A DNA stretch of 64,000 nucleotides from Candidatus Zixiibacteriota bacterium (GCA_037441845.1 JBBIRK010000006.1:128001-192000), one strand, 5' to 3'. Positions 10,836 through 21,341 are shown, numbered from the stretch's first letter. Program-made: numbers and translations. The notes: generated from the sequence alone by a model not told the origin.

Positions 10836-11272
10836 GTGCCCATCCTTGTGAATGATTTACGGATATCAATTGCTTAAAAAACTCAACCCGCAACCATTTC
10901 GGTGGACCTCTTGTCCGCAATTCCCCCTAAATGGGGGGGTAATCCACTATGAATCGCAGGAAAATGCGGCATCATTTCCGGCGCTTTGAAAAAGATTGTT
11001 CGGCCTATAGTTCTTGGATCGTCTTCTGATAAATTATAAAATTGCTTGCTTTTGCTGTCAAGTATTTTTGCAATACGGTCGGCGGATAAAAGGAGGATGA
11101 TACTACATGCTTTTCGGCTTTCGCGTAATGAAATTGAATTTACTCAGCGGATAAGGCCGGTCAGCGCAGCTGCATTAGGAATTGCGCCTCGCTATCTTTC
11201 CTCAGCGGAAGTTCCCCATCGACATGTCGTTTCCGCCTTGCGCCAGTTCCAATGCCGATACCCTTTCATGCC

Positions 11273-11614
11273 TTACTGCGGTTTGTTATAAGTCGCCCGG
11301 CCGTTCAATTCGGTCTGAACCACGAACCAGACTGCGGGGGAGAATACCAGCCAGAGCAGGAAAATTATCCAGCGATTCAAAGATTCGGAGCTGATTTTCT
11401 GAAACAACTCAGCGTGCTTGTACATGGCATAGAAATTGACAAGCGGAATTAACATCAGCACCGTCCAGAGCGCCGGACTGACGGAGGGATCTCCGGCAAG
11501 CCCTTTCATTTCCTTGACCGTTTGGTAAAACCAATAGATCGCGTAGATGCCGATAGTGATTATGAAAAGCCCTACCTGTCCCCACATGTTTCGATATTTC
11601 ACGGTCGTTTCCAT
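11273..11614 (-). CDS. DUF4234-like small membrane protein
   Basis: IITIGIYAIYWFYQ motif, 3 TM segments, VQTELN end, GAGGAGG SD. Confidence 0.75.
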   Translation of the reverse strand: METTVKYRNMWGQVGLFIITIGIYAIYWFYQTVKEMKGLAGDPSVSPALWTVLMLIPLVNFYAMYKHAELFQKISSESLNRWIIFLLWLVFSPAVWFVVQTELNGRATYNKPQ

Positions 11615-11676
11615 CGCTGCCTCCTCGGCATATGCGTTTTCATCGTCTTCGTTAAGCGAACGGTATCGGTTGTTCA

Positions 11677-11699
11677 GGAGGGCGGAAACTCCGCCCTCC
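11677..11699 (-). terminator. Hairpin after ppdK (terminator or stabiliser)
   Basis: GGAGGGCGGA-AAC-TCCGCCCTCC, 10-bp stem just past the ppdK stop; no U-tract. Confidence 0.45.
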
Positions 11700-11709
11700 G
11701 CATCGGTCT

Positions 11710-14523
11710 TTACTTGGACGTGTATTCGCTTTCACCGAGCGCCGCGTGAGCCGCCGCCAGCCTGGCGATCGGCACTCGATAGGGCGAGCAGCTGACGTAA
11801 TCGAGCCCTAAGGAATTACAGAACTCGATCGATTCGGGATCGCCGCCGTGTTCACCGCAGATACCCAACTTTATCTGTTTCTTTACCTGCCTTCCGAGGT
11901 TGACCGCGGTCTCCATCAACTTGCCCACGCCTTTGCGATCGATCGAGACGAACGGATCTTTCGGCAAAATTCCTTTTTCCAGATATATTTTTATGAATTT
12001 GCCGGCGTCATCTCGCGAAAAACCGAATGTCATCTGAGTCAGATCGTTGGTGCCGAACGAAAAGAAATCGGCCTCGCGGGCTATCTCATCGGCGGTGACC
12101 GCTCCCCGCGGAATCTCGATCATGGTTCCGACCAAATAGGGTATTTCGACCCGGTACTGCTTCATCACTTCCTCGGCCACCCTGACGATAATACTTTTCT
12201 GATTATGCAGTTCCTCGACCGTGCCCACCAGCGGCACCATGATTTCGGGGATCGGCGGCCGTTTGCGGGGATTCTTGGCCAGCTCGCAGGCGGCCATGAA
12301 AATCGCCCGCGCCTGCATCTCGGTGATCTCCGGATAGGTGATGCCGAGACGGCAACCGCGATGTCCCATCATCGGGTTGAATTCGGCCAGCTGTTCGATA
12401 CGGCGGAGGATTTTCTCTTTGGCTTTTATTTCGTCCTCCCAGGCGCCCGAGGCTTTCAGCTTTTCGATCTCTTCCATGATCTCTTTTTTGTCCGGCAAAA
12501 ACTCGTGCAAGGGGGGATCGATCGTGCGGATCGTCACCGGTAAACCCTGCATGACATCGAAAATCTCCTTGAAATCGGCTTTCTGGAACGGCAGCAGCTT
12601 ATCGAGCGCCTCCCGTCTTTCGATTTCGTTGTCCGCCAGGATCATTTGCTGGACTATCGGGATACGATTGGCCGAGAAAAACATGTGTTCGGTGCGGCAC
12701 AGGCCGATCCCCTCGGCGCCGAACGAACGCGCGGTTGCGGCGTCTTTGGGGGTGTCGGCGTTGGTGCGGATTTTGAGCCGGCGGACCTCGTCGGCCCAAC
12801 TCATGAATATCGCGAACTCGCCGGAAAGTTCGGGTTCGATCGTGGGCACCTTGCCGAGCATCACCAGTCCTCGGGAACCATCGAGCGTGATTATATCGCC
12901 CTCCGAGATGACCGATTTGCCGGCGATCATCTTGCGATCGACCTCGTAAACTTTGATATCCTCCGCGCCGGCCACGCAGCATTTGCCCATGCCTCTGGCG
13001 ACCACGGCCGCATGCGAGGTCATTCCCCCGCGCGAAGTCAGGATCCCCTCGGCAACGTTCATGCCGGCGATATCATCCGGATTGGTCTCCTGTCTGACCA
13101 GAATCACCTGTTTGCCGGCCTCGGCGTAACGCACCGCATCCTCGGCCGAAAACACGACCATGCCGCTGGCCGCGCCCGGCGATGCCGCCAGGCCCTTGCC
13201 GATTATCACCGGTTGCGCCTGCGGGTCGATCTGCGGGTGCAGAAGCTGATCCAGCGATGCCGGTTCCACTCTCAGCAACGCCTCTTTTTTCGAAATCAGC
13301 TTTTCCCTGACCATATCGACCGCGATTTTGACCGCCGCCGCCGTCGTTCGTTTGCCGGTGCGGGTTTGCAGCATGTATAGTTTGCTTTCCTGAATGGTAA
13401 ATTCGAAATCCTGGACGTCGCGGTAATGTTTCTCCAGCTTGGCGGTGATTTCTTTCAGTTCGCGATAGGCTTTGGGCATTTCCTTGGCCAGTTGCGATAT
13501 ATGTTTCGGCGTGCGGATTCCGGCCACCACGTCTTCACCCTGGGCGTTGGCCAGATATTCGCCATAAAATTCCTTCTTGCCCGTCGATGGGTCGCGGGTG
13601 AAACCGACCCCGGTGGCAGATCTTTCGCCCATGTTGCCGAATACCATGGCTTGGATATTCACCGCCGTGCCGAGATCGGCCGGTATATTGTTCAGTTTGC
13701 GATAGGTGATCGCTCTCGGATTATTCCAGGAACGGAAAACGGCGTCCCGGGCCATTTCGAGCTGGGTTCGCGGATTCTGCGGGAATTCGGCTCCGGTTTT
13801 TTCCTTTATTTTTTCTTTGTATTTTTTAATAATGTATTTAAGGTCATCGACCATCAATTCGGTATCGAGTTTAGCCCCGGATTTTTTCTTGCGGGCTTCG
13901 ATAATTTCCTCGAATTCGTGCTTGTCGATACCCAACACAACGTTGCCGAACATTTGAATGAACCGCCGGTAGCTGTCGTAAGCGAATCGTTCGTTATCGG
14001 TCTTCTTGATCAATCCCTCGAGTGTTTGGTCGGTAAGGCCGAGATTCAGCACTGTATCCATCATCCCCGGCATCGAAAACTTTGCTCCGGATCGCACCGA
14101 CAACAACAGCGGATTATTGACGTCTCCGAACTTCATGCCGGTGTGCTTTTCTATATGCTCGATTCCTTTCTGGATCTGAGGAATTATCTCTTTGGGGAGC
14201 TTCATGTTGTTTTTATAGTAAAGCTTGCAGACCTCGGTCGTTATAGTGAAACCAGGAGGAACCGGGATGCCGATATTGGTCATTTCCGCCAGACCGGCTC
14301 CCTTTCCGCCGAGCAGGTCTTTCATCTTGCCGTTGCCGTCGGCTTTTTTGCCGCCGAATAGATACACGTATTTTCCGGAGGACACCCGGATCGAACCAGT
14401 CTCGGCCAATTTGGCTGCCGTCTTTTGTTTTTTATTGCCTTTTGATGACTTAGAGGCTGCCATAACGGCGCTTTTCCTCTTCTTTTGCTTGCCTTCTTTG
14501 CCTCTTGTTTTCCCTTTTGCCAT
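11710..14523 (-). CDS. ppdK: Pyruvate, phosphate dikinase
   Basis: LLGGKGAGLAEM, SVRSGAKFSMPGMMDT, phospho-His GGMTSHAAVVARG, FSFGTNDLTQMTFG, GICGEHGGDP. Confidence 0.97.
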   Translation of the reverse strand: MAKGKTRGKEGKQKKRKSAVMAASKSSKGNKKQKTAAKLAETGSIRVSSGKYVYLFGGKKADGNGKMKDLLGGKGAGLAEMTNIGIPVPPGFTITTEVCKLYYKNNMKLPKEIIPQIQKGIEHIEKHTGMKFGDVNNPLLLSVRSGAKFSMPGMMDTVLNLGLTDQTLEGLIKKTDNERFAYDSYRRFIQMFGNVVLGIDKHEFEEIIEARKKKSGAKLDTELMVDDLKYIIKKYKEKIKEKTGAEFPQNPRTQLEMARDAVFRSWNNPRAITYRKLNNIPADLGTAVNIQAMVFGNMGERSATGVGFTRDPSTGKKEFYGEYLANAQGEDVVAGIRTPKHISQLAKEMPKAYRELKEITAKLEKHYRDVQDFEFTIQESKLYMLQTRTGKRTTAAAVKIAVDMVREKLISKKEALLRVEPASLDQLLHPQIDPQAQPVIIGKGLAASPGAASGMVVFSAEDAVRYAEAGKQVILVRQETNPDDIAGMNVAEGILTSRGGMTSHAAVVARGMGKCCVAGAEDIKVYEVDRKMIAGKSVISEGDIITLDGSRGLVMLGKVPTIEPELSGEFAIFMSWADEVRRLKIRTNADTPKDAATARSFGAEGIGLCRTEHMFFSANRIPIVQQMILADNEIERREALDKLLPFQKADFKEIFDVMQGLPVTIRTIDPPLHEFLPDKKEIMEEIEKLKASGAWEDEIKAKEKILRRIEQLAEFNPMMGHRGCRLGITYPEITEMQARAIFMAACELAKNPRKRPPIPEIMVPLVGTVEELHNQKSIIVRVAEEVMKQYRVEIPYLVGTMIEIPRGAVTADEIAREADFFSFGTNDLTQMTFGFSRDDAGKFIKIYLEKGILPKDPFVSIDRKGVGKLMETAVNLGRQVKKQIKLGICGEHGGDPESIEFCNSLGLDYVSCSPYRVPIARLAAAHAALGESEYTSK

Positions 14524-14722
14524 CGAATTCTCCTTATATTAAATTGTTGCATTCTTGCTCGAACGCGCTATTATATAAATCATATCGGCACTTGGCAAGT
14601 GGATTAAATCCGCCAATTGTTCAGCAAACCTAACAAGTTCGAGGTTGGGCGGTTCGATTATAATCGATAGGGAACGCCCGACGGATCCCCGGATCGGTTT
14701 TTCGAGAAGGCCCCGAGTCATG

Positions 14723-15238
14723 TTATCTTAACAGCTTAATTATCGTCTCGCCAACCGTTTCACGATTATTTCGGCCGATTCGAACCAGCCGGACGCCCGG
14801 CAACCTTTTTAACCGATCGCAGAACGTATCGGGTCCGAGCATTATCGAGGCCAGAACATCGTTGCCGCCGGTAAGCGCCTTTTCCACGAGTTGTCGGAAA
14901 GCATTCGACAACAGCTCCATTCTGCCTATTTCGTCGATAACGATCAAATCGTCCTTATCCAAACCTCTTGTAAGTTCGGTTACGGCCAATTTTTCGAATT
15001 CCTCGACATTAACCCCATATTTGCCGACGCGCGCAGAGGTCTTGATGCCGACATGAGCCAAAATTCCCGATCGCCGCGGCTCTGTCAGCGTTTCGATCGC
15101 GAATCCGAGCCGGCTGTCCGAATCCCTGATTTCACTCGTGCAAAAACCGCAGCAGGGCCGGTTCAATCCGGCAATCGTCCGCTTGATGACCGTCGTCTTG
15201 CCGCAACCCGGCCGCCCGGTCAGTAGAATTTTGGTCAT
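14723..15238 (-). CDS. NTPase_1 (THEP1-like) nucleoside triphosphatase
   Basis: Walker A GRPGCGKTT, RVGKYGV, IVIDEIGRME. Confidence 0.88.
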   Translation of the reverse strand: MTKILLTGRPGCGKTTVIKRTIAGLNRPCCGFCTSEIRDSDSRLGFAIETLTEPRRSGILAHVGIKTSARVGKYGVNVEEFEKLAVTELTRGLDKDDLIVIDEIGRMELLSNAFRQLVEKALTGGNDVLASIMLGPDTFCDRLKRLPGVRLVRIGRNNRETVGETIIKLLR

Positions 15239-15277
15239 CTCACTTCCTTGTCAAGAACGAATGAATCTCGGTCGGTC

Positions 15278-15640
15278 TCAATTTCTGCTCGATTGAAACT
15301 CGTCTTCGAGATCCTCCAGAAATTCGATCGCCCTTCTCATATGAGGGATCACTATCGACCCACCGACTATCAGGGCCACACCGAATACCTCGACCAGCTC
15401 GTTTTTGGAAACGCCCAGCTCTTTGCATTTGGTGATATGGTATCTTATGCAATCATCGCATCGCATCACCATCGAACACGCCAACCCGAGCATTTCCTTG
15501 GTTCTGGTCGGCAACGCCCCTTCTTGATAGGTGAGCGTATCGAGCGCGAAAAATCGCTTGATCACGTTGCTTTCGGTTTCGAGAATTTTGCGGTTCATTC
15601 GATCCCGATAAGCCGCATATTCGCGATAGATTTTTCCCAT
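15278..15640 (-). CDS. Carboxymuconolactone decarboxylase/AhpD-like protein
   Basis: GAL..RTKEMLGL..S.VMRCDDCIRYH (CxxC) motif. Start placed at ATG 15640 after the AAGGAG SD. Confidence 0.85.
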   Translation of the reverse strand: MGKIYREYAAYRDRMNRKILETESNVIKRFFALDTLTYQEGALPTRTKEMLGLACSMVMRCDDCIRYHITKCKELGVSKNELVEVFGVALIVGGSIVIPHMRRAIEFLEDLEDEFQSSRN

Positions 15641-15864
15641 GTTTATTCTCCTTGATCGATAATAGGTTGGTTTTCCGTTCGTTTTCCGAGGAAAATAAAC
15701 TCCATATAAGACGGATGGCGTATCCGATCCCCAGCTCTTTATTCTTTCGGTCTTATGTATGTTTGTTTCATTTCCGCCGAAAATTATATTTCGTCTCTTT
15801 TGGCTTTTCAATCTAAATGAACCGAGGACGACAGCCGATGATTGAGGTTGTCAGGAAAAATAGA

Positions 15865-15893
15865 TTGTCAGGCAATCCCCGCGGAGTTATAAT
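15865..15893 (+). promoter_or_regulatory. Sigma70-type promoter of tRNA-Ser
   Basis: TTGTCA-17 nt-TATAAT, 10 nt before the tRNA. Confidence 0.7.
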
Positions 15894-15903
15894 TAGCGGG
15901 TCT

Positions 15904-15991
15904 GGAGAGGTGGCCGAGTGGCCGAAGGCAGCTGCCTGCTAAGCAGTTGGTCCTCACAAGGGGCCCCCGGGTTCGAATCCCGGCCTCTCCG
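15904..15991 (+). tRNA. tRNA-Ser (GCT)
   Basis: Acceptor stem GGAGAGG/CCTCTCC, anticodon arm GCTGC-CT GCT AA-GCAGT, long variable arm, T-arm CCGGG-TTCGAAT-CCCGG, discriminator G; CCA not encoded. Confidence 0.96.
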
Positions 15992-16265
15992 CATGTCCTT
16001 ATTACCAGCTACAATGTTTTATCTCAGTAATGAATCGCTTGGAATCAGTTTAGCCTAAACCCGCTCGCTCCGATATCCAACGGAAATCGATATGCCGGGC
16101 TGCGCGAGTTTCACCTGATGATCGGTCAAGATGACCACGGCCGCCGATTTAGACGCGATGCCGATCGAGGATAGCCGAATCGCCCCGACGGCCATCAGGT
16201 GACGGCGGCTTTCGGGCCATTGCGAGTTCGGTTTGCGATTTTAGGGACATGCCGACAAGCGACGA

Positions 16266-17228
16266 TCAAACATGGTTACGGAGCATCAGCTCTTTCGGAT
16301 GCGGGTTCAGATAATACTGGTTATCGATATATTCAATTTGATACTTGCGCACGAAATGCCGCAGCAACGTGATTGGAACGATTAACGGCACCAGTGAAGT
16401 CCGGTAATCTTCGATAGCCGCGATTAGATCATTTTTCTCAAGAGGAGTGAGCCGATCTTTGAGAAATCCGGCGATGTGTTGCAACACGTTCGTATTTTTC
16501 CTGACGGTGGCCTTGAACTTCAAAGCCTGCATAAACAGATGCCGGTAATTATTTTTGAATTCTTCCGGTCGGATCTGTTTCACCTGCGCTGTCAATTGAC
16601 CCAATTTGCGATGATGCTCCGGGCTGTGGGCCAGCAGCAAAAACTTGTGTTTTGCATGGAAAGCGATGATTGCGGCTCGGGAGTACGGCTCGGAGAACAT
16701 GTCCTGAAGACGATTATAAGCGAAAACGCGTTCGATAAAATTTTCGCGGATCGCGCTATCGGCAAGGCGGCCTTCCTCCTCGATCGGCAGGTCCGGAAAC
16801 CTGGCCGATAAAGAGGCGGCGAACAACCCGGTTCCTGTCTTTGCGATTCTATTCGGCTCGACATAAACATTGACACGTTCCATGCCGCACGACGGCGATT
16901 TGCTTTTTAGAATATAGCCGGAGAGCGAAATCAAATCTTTTTGTTCAACCCGCCATTCGGCGAACCTAAGCATTCGATTCGACCAATCCTTGCCCGAACG
17001 AACGCCGATCATTCTCGGGTTAGCCGGATTTCCTACCAGGCGAACCGCCTCCCGCGGCACGCCCATTCCTACTTCAATTTCCGGGCACACCGGCACGAAC
17101 TCGAAAAACCTACCGAGAACGTCGGTGATATATCGATCTTGCTTATGGCCGGCGTCATATCTCACTTTTTCGCCCAGCAGGCAGGAGGAGATACCGATAA
17201 GAATCGAGGTTTTGTTTTTTTCTTTCAT
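16266..17228 (-). CDS. YbgA-like DUF523+DUF1722 protein (2-thiouracil desulfurase family N-domain)
   Basis: GISSCLLGEKVRYD, PVCPE, KSPSCG, FHAKHKFLLLAHS, YLNPHP motifs. Confidence 0.9.
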   Translation of the reverse strand: MKEKNKTSILIGISSCLLGEKVRYDAGHKQDRYITDVLGRFFEFVPVCPEIEVGMGVPREAVRLVGNPANPRMIGVRSGKDWSNRMLRFAEWRVEQKDLISLSGYILKSKSPSCGMERVNVYVEPNRIAKTGTGLFAASLSARFPDLPIEEEGRLADSAIRENFIERVFAYNRLQDMFSEPYSRAAIIAFHAKHKFLLLAHSPEHHRKLGQLTAQVKQIRPEEFKNNYRHLFMQALKFKATVRKNTNVLQHIAGFLKDRLTPLEKNDLIAAIEDYRTSLVPLIVPITLLRHFVRKYQIEYIDNQYYLNPHPKELMLRNHV

Positions 17229-17368
17229 TATTGTGCCATTTTTCGGTTATATATAGTCATGTTTAACCATAGTTGCCCATGATTTTGTTTTATTATCGAT
17301 CAGCCTGGAATTGGTTTATATTAACCTAAGTTCGACTTGATTCGGCTTTTCTCGTTTCCACCCCGATT

Positions 17369-18733
17369 TCATTCGAGCCGGGAAACGCGCATGATATACT
17401 TATTCACGTCGAATTTGCGTTTGCACCCCTCAAAACTCATATAGCGTATCTTCCCGAAAATCTCTCTTTCGGACCAGGCTCGATCATGCAGGCCGCCGAT
17501 CGACCAGGCGATTCCGGCATAACCATTAGGGTCGTTGCCATCGAGCTGGTATTTATCATTAAGGTAGATGGCTGTCTCCAAAGCGGTCTCCGGGTCGGGC
17601 GACCATTGGAGAATTTTCTTTGCCCAATACATGCGCATAAAACCGTGCATCTTTCCGCTTTTTACCATTTCCATCTGAGCTGCGTTCCATAAGGGGTCCT
17701 CGGTTTCGCCTGCTTCCAGTTGATCGAGACGGTAAAGCTCCGGCCGTATATCATGGCGATGTTCGTCGAGCGTTTTCCGCGCCCACGCAGGAAATCCTGC
17801 CACCGAATCATAATGCTCGTTATAATGACAGAAGTTGTCGGACAACTCTCTTCTTACGATCAACTCTTCCAGAAACGATTCCTGGGATGCAATATCGCCG
17901 TCGAATCGCTGTGCCTCCCACGCAAGCCGCCCTGCAGCAAGCTGGCCGAAATGCAGATAAGGAGACAGCCCCGATTGACCGTTCAGCACGGGATTATTGC
18001 GGTTTTGAAAATAGTTCGGCAGGCCGGTTTCAAGAAATCGGGTCATCGATTTCAATGCCTGCGTTTCCCCCGGGGTGACCGCAGTAGGCAATAGACCGAA
18101 GCGACGATGCGACAAAATGAAGCTTGCCGCTGACCACCCCTCAACTTCCAGCGGTTTTGTCGAGACAATCGGCTGTTTTTCGATTTTCGGAAATGGAGTT
18201 AGAAATTGGAGAAGTAGTTTGTGAATTTTAGGCCGGATCGTGTAAGCGGCATGCTCTTGTTTGTCCGAGGTTTCCCAGACCGGCACGATGTTATGGCTAT
18301 CGACTTCGAAGGAAGGAACCGAAATATATTCAGATAATTTCCTTTTCCATAGGCGGCTTTCCCTCAGGGGCGAATAATCGGTCACCACGGCCGTCGGTTT
18401 TATTTTTTGCAATAATCGATGTAGGTTTTCGGCAGAGTTATCTTCGCTGACCAGTAGGTCGATGTCAAGCCGAGCCAGATTTCTTTCCAGTTCTTTCAAG
18501 CCGTGGATTATGAACGCCTTTTGCCTTGCCGGCGCCTTCGGATAGTCGATCGCTATCGGTAAAGCCACTACTACGGATTTTTTTCTTTCGAGGGCGTATT
18601 GTTCTGCATACAGCAAAGCCCAATTGTCATTGACCCGTTGATCGCGGGCCATCACATAAACCACCGGACCTTCGCCCGGTATTCCTTGGCGAATGAGCCT
18701 GATTCTGCGGGTATCTACGATACTCGATATCAT
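17369..18733 (-). CDS. phr: Class II CPD photolyase
   Basis: RDQRVNDNWAL, SGLSPYLHFGQ, EELIVRRELSDNFC, GKMHGFMRMYWAKKIL, ERxIFGKIRYM. Start uncertain (18733 or 18754). Confidence 0.93.
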   Translation of the reverse strand: MISSIVDTRRIRLIRQGIPGEGPVVYVMARDQRVNDNWALLYAEQYALERKKSVVVALPIAIDYPKAPARQKAFIIHGLKELERNLARLDIDLLVSEDNSAENLHRLLQKIKPTAVVTDYSPLRESRLWKRKLSEYISVPSFEVDSHNIVPVWETSDKQEHAAYTIRPKIHKLLLQFLTPFPKIEKQPIVSTKPLEVEGWSAASFILSHRRFGLLPTAVTPGETQALKSMTRFLETGLPNYFQNRNNPVLNGQSGLSPYLHFGQLAAGRLAWEAQRFDGDIASQESFLEELIVRRELSDNFCHYNEHYDSVAGFPAWARKTLDEHRHDIRPELYRLDQLEAGETEDPLWNAAQMEMVKSGKMHGFMRMYWAKKILQWSPDPETALETAIYLNDKYQLDGNDPNGYAGIAWSIGGLHDRAWSEREIFGKIRYMSFEGCKRKFDVNKYIMRVSRLE

Positions 18734-19060
18734 TGAAATAAAATCATTAACCAAGAATAAATATGGTTCTGAGGTTGATCAATAGGGTTTATCCTATAGA
18801 GCATTAGCCGATCGTTTTTCGCCGTCTTTTTATCGCTGCAAGACAAATACGGGCGGGTCTATCGGCTGCCGATTCGGGCGTCGTTGAAATCGTTGCCTCG
18901 ATCATGCGGCGGTGCGGCCTGCGCTCAGCGCATATTATATGATTACTTAAAGGATGTGAAAAAAACATCGGCATTCACGATCGATTAATTGCGGGGATTC
19001 AATCATAGCCAAGGAATCGTCCGATTATTCAATATCGTCGAGATGGAAAGAGGCAAATAT

Positions 19061-19551
19061 CTACTTCAATTCATCGTCCAATTTGCGCAATTCCCTGAGA
19101 ATATTGATCGCGCTCGAGCCGGTGGCCAGTTCGGCGATTTTGCGGATTCTCTCCTGATTGTGCTCGAATTTCTTCTTCCACCTGGCTTCATACGCCTGTT
19201 TCAGCACCTCGAGGAGTCTATCGAGCTCGTACGGTTTCGGCAGATAGCCGAATGCTCCCAGCTTGGTGCATTCGACCGCCGAGTCAAGCGACCCATGTCC
19301 GGTTAGGATAATAACCTCGAGGTACTTATGTTCTTTTTTTAAGGATTTCCAGCACCTGTTTGCCGTCGATTCCGGGCATTTTCAGATCCAACAAGGCCAA
19401 ATCGAAAGAGCCGGTGCGGGCCGGCCTCTATGGCCTGAGCCCCGTTGCTTGCCTTAGTCACCTGGAAATCCCTCAATTCGAGCCTTTGGGCAATCGAGTC
19501 GAGAAACTTTATCTCGTCATCGACAATCAGCAACTTGATTTTTTCGGGCAT
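19061..19551 (-). pseudogene. Response regulator receiver protein with two +1 frameshifts
   Basis: LLIVDDE start. Removing one G near 19422 and one A from the A7 run (19334-19340) restores FDLALLDLKMPGIDG...IILTGHGS...YLPKP through TAG at 19061. Confidence 0.75.
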
Positions 19552-19632
19552 ATTCTCGTCCTTTTTTATTCGAAACCGTTTCTTGTCTCAATTAAACTGG
19601 CTCGATCTGCTTGGTCAAGCAAAGATTAGTGC

Positions 19633-20192
19633 TTAACTCTGCCCCTCAGCCGACAGGCTTTTCATTGCGCCGGTTATTTCATCGAATAAATCCGAAAGCC
19701 TGAGCAGGCCGACGACTTGTTTTTGTCTTCTACGAGCAACGACAGTGCCTGAGTTTGTATGAACCGATGGATAGCCTCTCCCACCCCGGCCGAGGCATCT
19801 ATACTTTCCTTCACCGGACTCATAATATCTTTCGCCTTGATATTGGCCGCCCGCCGGCACAGCTGCCCTAAATCCGCGTCGTGAAGCCTGAAACTTTCCA
19901 TCATCGAAGACAGATATTCGGCGCTTATGCCGACTTTAGCCAGCGCTCCGCGGTCGCTGATCGCCTGATATTTCGGTTCCAGCGCCTTCAAGAAAGCGAG
20001 TTGACCGATCTTGCCGATGACCTTTCCGTCCTTGTCGATAACCAGAATCGCTCGGTGTGGCTGCTTTCCGGAGGCCAAATGCTCCTGTGATCTATCCAGA
20101 GTTAGGATCGCCTCAAGCAACGTGGAGTTTTCATCGACCACCGTGTAGTCATCGAGAGGGACCATGATTTCTTTCACCTTTTTTATATTCAT
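19633..20192 (-). pseudogene. CBS-pair domain protein, frameshifted near the C-terminus
   Basis: KVKEIMVPL and KAKDIMSP CBS motifs. One missing A in the A5 run (19720-19724) would give KQVVGLLRLSDLFDEI to TAA at 19633. Confidence 0.7.
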
Positions 20193-20429
20193 CCTGGCCT
20201 CCTTAGATACTTAAGATGCCTAAGCGAAATCCGGCCGCATGCTTTAGCCTGCTTTTCGACACATGGCGTCTGTCCAATGGTAGTAAGCCGTTGTAGTCCG
20301 CATCTCTGAATCGGCCGAATTTTATCAGAGTGGATTTCACCGAGTTCATGCATATACCGGCAAACAATTGTTTCTGTATCCATATTACCTTTATTATGCT
20401 TTATTGTCAATCGATGATAATCGATCTTG

Positions 20430-21341
20430 TCAGCGGGCTATAAATGAATAGATGTATTTGACCGATACTACTGCCACCGAAACTATCAAAATCACCTTGA
20501 TCAGTTTTTCCGGCAGGAATTGTTGCAACCGAGCCCCCAAATAAATCCCGAGCAGTCCGCCTATCCCCATCGATAGCCCAAGCAGCCAATCGGGGGCCAC
20601 GGGGATATGCTCCGGGGTCAACAGCGGCATGAAAAACTGGTAAACCAGGATTCCCGCTGCCGATGTCACCAACGTGCCCATCAGCGCCGCGCCGGCGACC
20701 GTGTAAACAGGCAATCCGAAAATCGCCACTAAAAAGGGCGAAATTATCGCTCCTCCGCCTATTCCGTAAGCTCCGCCTATAACGCCGACTATCAAGGCAA
20801 GCAAGAACAACGAAATCGAAGAGATACGATAATCCCGTCCCTGAAAATCGTAAATGATCATTTTCCAATCGGCGCGCTTTACCAAAACCTCTGATTTTCC
20901 GTTCTCTTGGCGTATATTATCCATTTTCTTCCCGGATACCAATCCTTGGCTCAAACGCAATCCGACATATCCCAGCACCACGCCGATGAACAACTTGAAT
21001 ACGCGGGGATCCGAAAACAGATAAACGCGCACGAACGCCCCGAGCAGCAGGCCGGGGAGAGTGCCTATTATCGTGGTCATGGCGATCGGCCAAACCATTC
21101 TTTTTTCCTTGATATATCGATAAACGCCGCCCGGGATAGCGAACACGTTGAAAATCAGATTAGTCGGGCTTACGGCCGGCGAATTGAATCCGAGTATGCT
21201 TATTTGAAAAGGCAACAGCAAAAAAGCGCCGGATAAGCCTCCGGTCGAGGTGAAAAACGAAATTACGAACGCCACCAGGCCGGGAAGCCACCAGTAAGTC
21301 TCAACTCCGCTTACGGGAAATGTAATCATCGCAATCGGCAA
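20430..21341 (-). CDS. TauE/SafE family sulfite/sulfur-compound exporter
   Basis: TGGLSGAFLLLP, GGAYGIGGGAIISP, GIYLGARLQ motifs; multi-TM. Start may be ATG 21329. Confidence 0.88.
   Translation of the reverse strand: MPIAMITFPVSGVETYWWLPGLVAFVISFFTSTGGLSGAFLLLPFQISILGFNSPAVSPTNLIFNVFAIPGGVYRYIKEKRMVWPIAMTTIIGTLPGLLLGAFVRVYLFSDPRVFKLFIGVVLGYVGLRLSQGLVSGKKMDNIRQENGKSEVLVKRADWKMIIYDFQGRDYRISSISLFLLALIVGVIGGAYGIGGGAIISPFLVAIFGLPVYTVAGAALMGTLVTSAAGILVYQFFMPLLTPEHIPVAPDWLLGLSMGIGGLLGIYLGARLQQFLPEKLIKVILIVSVAVVSVKYIYSFIAR

Noticed and set aside
10846..10863. TTGTGAATGATTTACGGA as another Rex-like box
   Set aside because: Right half matches poorly (3/7) and the context is unrelated.
10860..11000. 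Riboswitch in the leader of the secreted cassette (hairpin CCCCCTAAATGGGGG)
   Set aside because: I could not match c-di-GMP, c-di-AMP or other riboswitch consensus elements by eye.
15960..16000. tRNA-Ser 3' end as the attachment site of a sulfur island
   Set aside because: No integrase and no second copy of the tRNA 3' end found in the window; cannot be supported here.
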